Assembly (NCBI RefSeq): GCF_014280175.1
Contig: NZ_CP047931.1
Span: 210,001-242,000 of the forward strand
Reading direction: 5' to 3'
DNA from: Synechococcus sp. A15-28
GTDB lineage: Bacteria > Cyanobacteriota > Cyanobacteriia > PCC-6307 > Cyanobiaceae
Length of the DNA stretch: 32,000 nt
The translations under genes were made by a program, and so were the position numbers. Shown in pieces: positions 27,537 through 32,000 of the stretch (position 1 is its first letter; every line of letters starts with the position of its first letter). The notes under the pieces were generated by a model. The model saw only the letters and a list, made by a program, of their open reading frames with translations, did not search any database and was not told the origin of the DNA.

Positions 27537-29651
27537 TTAGATTTCGTTGATGGCATTCATTGCCACAGCGGCGATCGCCTGATCGCTGGCCTTGGGCAGC
27601 TGCACATATTTGCCACCGGCGGCTTCGGCGAGGTCCTTGCCCATGCCGCTGCCGATGAACTTGCGCTCGGTGTCGATCACCAGCAGCTTGATCCCGAGCA
27701 TCCGGTAGCGGGCGGCGACGTCCAGCACCTCCTGCTTGAGGTCGGGTTTCTCCTCGCCTTCCAGTTCCGGTTGGCCCAAGGATGTGCTCAGGGGCACGTT
27801 GCCGCGACCGTCGGTGATGGCCACCACCACCACCTGGCCGAGATCGCCGGTAGCCAGCGCATTGGCACCGACGCGGGCGGCCTGGGTGAGGCCGTGGGCC
27901 AGCGGTGAACCACCACCGCAGGGCATCGATTCCAGCCGGCGCCGGGCCGCTGTGATCGAGCGGGTTGGAGGCAGCAGCACCTCGGCCTGATCGCCGCGGA
28001 AGGGGATCAGGGCGACTTCGTCGCGGTTTTCGTAGGCCTCGGTGAGCAGTCGGATCACGGCGCCCTTGGCGCTCTGCATCCGGTTGAGGGCCATCGAGCC
28101 GCTGGCATCCACGAGGAACACCACCAGGGCGCCGGCCTTGCGCTGCAGCAACTTGGCCCGCAGGTCGCCCTCCTCCACGATCACCGAGCGACCCGGTTCC
28201 CGCTCTCGCCGGATCTTCTGATACGGCGCGGCCGCACGCAGGGTGGCATCCACGGCGATGCGACGCACCGGACCGCGGGGCAGCATCGGTTTCACATAAC
28301 GCCCGCGGCTGTCGCTGAGCACCACTGAACGGCTGCCGCTGTTGCCGCTCTTGGCCTTGGCGGCGTTGAACAGCAGCAGATCAGAGTCCACTTCGATCGC
28401 TTCGGGATCGAGCATGAACTCCTCGGGCACAGCTGGAGGGGCCTGGTCCTCCTCGCCGTCGCCGTCATCGTCGTCGGTGTTGTCCTCCGGCGGATCGTTG
28501 TCCTCCGGCGGATCGTTGTCCTCCTCCTCACCGGACCCTTCCGGTGGCGGCGGTGGATTCTCCTGCTGCTGGTCGCCCTGGTCCTGGGGCGGTGGCGGCG
28601 GCTCCTGGTCCTGCGGCGGCGGCGGCTCCATCTGCTGATCCGGCGGTGGCATCTGTGAGGCCCGCGGGGCGATCACCAGGGCCACGGCCACCTGCAGGTC
28701 GTCGGCTTCCACCACATCGCGGCCGCTGAGGGCCGCATGGGCCTTCGCCACCCGCACGGCATAGAGCTCGGAGCGGTGCCCTTCCACGCCGCCACGGATG
28801 GCTTCGGTGACGAGGTACTCGATCTGTTCGCCACTGATCTGCACATCCGGCAGCCACTGGCGGGCCAGCAGCAATTGGGTTGCAAGGGCGTCGGTTTCCT
28901 CGCCCCACTTTTCGGCAAAGCTGCGGCTGCATTGGCCATGGCTGATCACCGCATTGGTGATTTCCACCCGCTGCTCAGTGCTCACCAGCTGGTTTGCCGA
29001 GAGTGCGATGGCAAAGCGATCCAGAAGGTGATCGCGAACGTTGCCCTCCTCAGGGTTGTAAGTGGCGATCAGCAGCGGCCGGCAGGGGTGGCTGAGGCTG
29101 AGGCCTTCGCGTTCCACCCGGTTCTCGCCGCTGCCCACGGCCGCGAGCATCAGGTTGACGATGCCGTCATCCAGAAGATTGAGCTCGTCGACATAAAGCA
29201 CGCCGCGATGGGCTTCCGCCAGCAGGCCTGGCTGGAACACGGCGCTGCCGCTGGAGAGCGATGCAGCGACATCAACGGCACCCACCAGGCGGTCTTCGGT
29301 GATGCCCAGGGGGATCTGCACGAAGGGGGCGGGGATCACTTTGGAGGGGGCTTCGCCGCTGATCCGCTCCCGAGTGGCGTCGTCCCATTCCTCCGGGTTC
29401 TGCGGGTCGAGGTTTCGACCTACGCCGCCCTCGGCATCAAGGATGTCGATCGGTGGCAGAAGGGCATGCAGGCCTCTGGCCAGAACCGATTTGCCGGTGC
29501 CGCGCCCACCGGCAATGACCACGCCGCCCAGGCCGGGATCAACCGCCGCCAGCAACAGGGCGAGCTTGAGGGTTCCATGACCGGTGATGGCGGCCAACGG
29601 AAAGGCTCGTGTCGCCTGGTCGTCCTTCACCGCTACACCGGTTGCCACCAT
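27537..29651 (-). CDS. chlD: Magnesium-protoporphyrin chelatase subunit D
   Basis: [63 protein letters not shown], Pro/acidic linker, then VWA-like [15 protein letters not shown]. Confidence 0.97.
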   Translation of the reverse strand: MVATGVAVKDDQATRAFPLAAITGHGTLKLALLLAAVDPGLGGVVIAGGRGTGKSVLARGLHALLPPIDILDAEGGVGRNLDPQNPEEWDDATRERISGEAPSKVIPAPFVQIPLGITEDRLVGAVDVAASLSSGSAVFQPGLLAEAHRGVLYVDELNLLDDGIVNLMLAAVGSGENRVEREGLSLSHPCRPLLIATYNPEEGNVRDHLLDRFAIALSANQLVSTEQRVEITNAVISHGQCSRSFAEKWGEETDALATQLLLARQWLPDVQISGEQIEYLVTEAIRGGVEGHRSELYAVRVAKAHAALSGRDVVEADDLQVAVALVIAPRASQMPPPDQQMEPPPPQDQEPPPPPQDQGDQQQENPPPPPEGSGEEEDNDPPEDNDPPEDNTDDDDGDGEEDQAPPAVPEEFMLDPEAIEVDSDLLLFNAAKAKSGNSGSRSVVLSDSRGRYVKPMLPRGPVRRIAVDATLRAAAPYQKIRREREPGRSVIVEEGDLRAKLLQRKAGALVVFLVDASGSMALNRMQSAKGAVIRLLTEAYENRDEVALIPFRGDQAEVLLPPTRSITAARRRLESMPCGGGSPLAHGLTQAARVGANALATGDLGQVVVVAITDGRGNVPLSTSLGQPELEGEEKPDLKQEVLDVAARYRMLGIKLLVIDTERKFIGSGMGKDLAEAAGGKYVQLPKASDQAIAAVAMNAINEI
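28483..28524. repeat. 18-bp tandem repeat (2.3 copies) within the chlD acidic linker
   Basis: TCCTCCGGCGGATCGTTG at 28483-28500 and 28501-28518, then TCCTCC; encodes the repeated NDPPED/EDNDPP motif in frame. Confidence 0.85.
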
Positions 29652-29689
29652 GGACGCATTCAGCCCGTTCGTGCGAGCTAGTCTCGCTG

Positions 29690-30175
29690 ATGCACCCGAT
29701 CGATGACACTTCCTTAGCGGTGGCCCTGGGGGCCAACCGACCCAGTGCGGTGGGATCGCCCCGCGCCACGCTGCTGGCGGTGCAACCTCAGCTGGAGGCT
29801 CGGCTTAGGGCCTGGGCCACTCAGGAGCTGGTTTACCGCTGGTCATCCCTGCATGACACCGCCCCTGTCGGTGGCCCCCCGGATCAGCCCCCTTATTGCA
29901 ATGCGGTGCTGCTGGTGCAGGGGCTGAAGACTCCGCCGAGCGAGTCCGCCGCCCTGCAACTGTTGGATGCGCTCCAGGGGCTGGAACAGGAGTTCGGCCG
30001 CGACCGATCCCATGAGCAGCGCTGGGGCCCCCGCAGCCTTGATCTGGACCTGCTGTTCTGGGGTGAGCTGCGGCTGGAGCACCCGCGCCTGCTGCTGCCC
30101 CACCCGCGCCTGCACCTCAGGACCTTTGTGCTGGCGCCGTTGCTGCAGGCGATGCAGGGGTCGGCTTCACGGTGA
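29690..30175 (+). CDS. folK: 2-amino-4-hydroxy-6-hydroxymethyldihydropteridine diphosphokinase
   Basis: [76 protein letters not shown] at 29690. Confidence 0.93.
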   Translation: MHPIDDTSLAVALGANRPSAVGSPRATLLAVQPQLEARLRAWATQELVYRWSSLHDTAPVGGPPDQPPYCNAVLLVQGLKTPPSESAALQLLDALQGLEQEFGRDRSHEQRWGPRSLDLDLLFWGELRLEHPRLLLPHPRLHLRTFVLAPLLQAMQGSASR

Positions 30176-31883
30176 TTACCTGATCGGCCTGGGCCAGGAG
30201 CTCCGGGTCGTGACTGCTGATCAGCATCAGCCGTTGCTGGGCGCGTTCCTGAACCACGGAACGAACCTGCGCAGCGGCCTTGGCATCGAGAAAGGCTGTG
30301 GGTTCATCGAGCACCTCCAGCGGCTTGTCGCGCAACCAGGCCCGTAGCAGCCCGAGCCGATGAATCTCTCCGCCGGAGAAGGGATCCTGCGCCAGGGCCA
30401 GCGGTGCATCCAGCCCGCCAGGGCGTTCCAGCAAGTGGCTCAGCCCCAGCCGTTGCAGCCAGGTTTCGATCGCCTCCTGGTGCTGATCGGCCCCCAGCAG
30501 CAGGTTGTCGCGCAGGCTCGCTTCAAACAGCACAGCGTTCTGAGGGGCGTAGGCGATCAGCTGGTGCATCTGCCGTGCGCCTGCCAGCCCGCTCAGTCGC
30601 CACGTTTTGCCGGCGCAGCACAGCTGCCACGCACTGTCTTCCTCGTTGAGCAGTCCACAGATGCGATCGATCAATGTCGTCTTGCCGCTGCCGGAGGGGC
30701 CAGTGAGCGCCACCAGCCCGTTGGCACTCAGGCAAAGGGATGTCAAGCCTGGGGAAGCGTTATCGCTGCTGCTCCAGTGCAGCTCGCTCCATGGTGCAGT
30801 GGAGAGCGTCGTCAGGTTGGTTTCAGCAATGGTCTGGTCGCTGGTTTCGCCCTGGCGGGGAATCAGCTGTCCGCGTCGCTGGCACAGGGCTTCGTAGCCC
30901 GGCAGGTTGCCCAGGCAGAGCCTGCGGGCCTGCACCACGGTGCTGAGGGAGGCGCTGGAGCGGTAGGCCAGCACCAGGGTGGTGGTGAGCGTTTCGCCGC
31001 TCAGATCCTCGCCCTGCATCAGCATCCACAGCCCGGCGACGGCCACCACCAGGGTGTCGCGCCAAGCGTTGTAGCTGGCTCGGCGGCGAACCCGTTCCTG
31101 CAGCAGCCAACGCCCCTCCGCCGTGTCCTTGGCGAAGCGCTGCAGCAGCCATCCCTCCGCTGTTGCGGCGCGCAGGGCTTTCAGGCCATGCAGCCCATCC
31201 CCGACCGTTCTCTGCAGCGCTGCATTCAGCCGGCTCTGGATGCGGCCGAGACCCCAGCTGCCGGAGCGCTGCAGCAGGGCGGCGGCTGTGGTGGCCAGCA
31301 GGGCGAGCAACAGCGGCCAGGCGGCGGTTCGGCCCACCAGCACCACGCTGGCGAGGTAGATGCCCATGGCCAGCAGCGACTGCCCCAACCGCACCGCCTG
31401 ATCCAGGCTCAGGGCTGTGCGGTTGATGTCGGCCATCAGCAGGGCGAGCAGTTCACCGCGCCCCAGCCGATCCAGCTGGGCTGAGGAGGCCTCGAACACC
31501 TGATGTAGCAGCTGTTGCCGCAGCCGGTCGGTGAAGCCGGAGCGCAATCGCTCCCGCTGGATGTCCACCTTGGCCTGGATCAGGCCCCGCAGCAGGATCA
31601 GACCCACGAGCATTCCCAGACTTCCCGCCACGGGCAGGCCCTGGATCAGTGCAGGTGAACCGCTGCCCAGCAGCAGCGTCACCGCCAGCCCCAGGCCGGC
31701 GATGTCGAGCAGGCTGTTGAGACTGCTCAGCCCGCTCAACCAGGCCAGGTGCCGCCAGCCCGCTTCCCGAGCCAGGGCTTTGAGCAGCTGGATCTGCCGC
31801 AGGCGGGCCAGCTGTGGTGGACCTGTTTCGCGCAAAGCGGACGACGGGGGACTGGGTTCACCCGCCATGCTGGGCCCCAGCAA
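30117..31883 (-). CDS. ABC transporter with fused transmembrane and ATP-binding domains (exporter type)
   Basis: Hydrophobic N-terminal half; TGPSGSGKTTLIDRICGLL Walker A; DPFSGGEIHRLGLLRAWLRDKPLEVLDEPTAFLD signature/Walker B; SSHD switch. Confidence 0.85.
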   Translation of the reverse strand: MLGPSMAGEPSPPSSALRETGPPQLARLRQIQLLKALAREAGWRHLAWLSGLSSLNSLLDIAGLGLAVTLLLGSGSPALIQGLPVAGSLGMLVGLILLRGLIQAKVDIQRERLRSGFTDRLRQQLLHQVFEASSAQLDRLGRGELLALLMADINRTALSLDQAVRLGQSLLAMGIYLASVVLVGRTAAWPLLLALLATTAAALLQRSGSWGLGRIQSRLNAALQRTVGDGLHGLKALRAATAEGWLLQRFAKDTAEGRWLLQERVRRRASYNAWRDTLVVAVAGLWMLMQGEDLSGETLTTTLVLAYRSSASLSTVVQARRLCLGNLPGYEALCQRRGQLIPRQGETSDQTIAETNLTTLSTAPWSELHWSSSDNASPGLTSLCLSANGLVALTGPSGSGKTTLIDRICGLLNEEDSAWQLCCAGKTWRLSGLAGARQMHQLIAYAPQNAVLFEASLRDNLLLGADQHQEAIETWLQRLGLSHLLERPGGLDAPLALAQDPFSGGEIHRLGLLRAWLRDKPLEVLDEPTAFLDAKAAAQVRSVVQERAQQRLMLISSHDPELLAQADQVITVKPTPASPAATAPAQRS

Positions 31884-31895
31884 TGCCTGTGTCCC

Positions 31896-32000
31896 ATGGC
31901 GCCCCTGCCGTCGCCAGAACCGTTTGATCTGCTGGAAACGGTGGAGGTGGTGAATGTCCGCAAACTCCGCTTCGAGCGCAATCGGATCAAGTTGCCGATG
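31896..32000 (+). CDS. 5' end of a probable NUDIX hydrolase (continues beyond the window)
   Basis: Open frame MAPLPSPEPFDLLETVEVVNVRKLRFERNRIKLPM to the window edge; this N-terminus resembles cyanobacterial ADP-ribose pyrophosphatase-like NUDIX proteins. No Nudix box is inside the window. Confidence 0.45.
   Translation, partial: MAPLPSPEPFDLLETVEVVNVRKLRFERNRIKLPM

Noticed and set aside
28737-31484. Long plus-strand ORFs of 314 aa (28737-29681) and 374 aa (30360-31484) opposite chlD and the ABC exporter
   Set aside because: Shadow ORFs with GC-driven composition; the minus-strand frames carry AAA-ATPase and ABC motifs.
1-32000. CRISPR arrays, transposases, integrases, tRNAs, phage or defence genes
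   Set aside because: No regularly spaced repeats, cloverleaf-like sequence or relevant protein motifs were seen by reading; tRNAscan and a CRISPR finder would be needed for formal exclusion.

Overview
This 32 kb window reads as ordinary, gene-dense chromosome from a unicellular cyanobacterium. The family content, GC-rich coding and gene order suggest a marine Synechococcus/Cyanobium-type picocyanobacterium; this assignment is inference. Left to right it holds: (i) a surface-glycan block: the 3' end of a glycosyltransferase, kdsB, a sulfotransferase, kdsC and kdsD/kpsF; (ii) a CCA-adding/poly(A) polymerase-family enzyme and a GT39-type membrane glycosyltransferase; (iii) a selD fused to an FAD-dependent oxidoreductase, and galE; (iv) a parvulin-like protein, a 972-aa cNMP-like/C39-like ABC exporter and an HlyD adaptor, i.e. 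a type-I-secretion-type module; (v) a GT4 glycosyltransferase, hisS, and a UDP-xylose synthase / UDP-glucose dehydrogenase / UDP-uronate epimerase run; (vi) a photosynthesis block: psbE-F-L-J, ycf48 and rubA, divergent from ndhC-K-J; (vii) a YvcK/CofD-like protein, MlaF- and MlaD-like proteins, chlD, folK, an ABC exporter and the start of a probable NUDIX gene. psbL and psbF are too short for the supplied ORF track and were recovered by reading the minus strand. I found no CRISPR array, tRNA/rRNA, transposon, prophage or defence system. I do not think a clearly novel system is present. The best candidate for follow-up is the 9.4-14.3 kb export module, whose cNMP-like, C39-like and parvulin-like domains all appear to lack canonical functional residues. 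Two small inverted repeats between convergent genes (1242-1257 and 27489-27524) and several long convergent gene overlaps are also worth checking. All family calls come from recognised motifs, not database searches.
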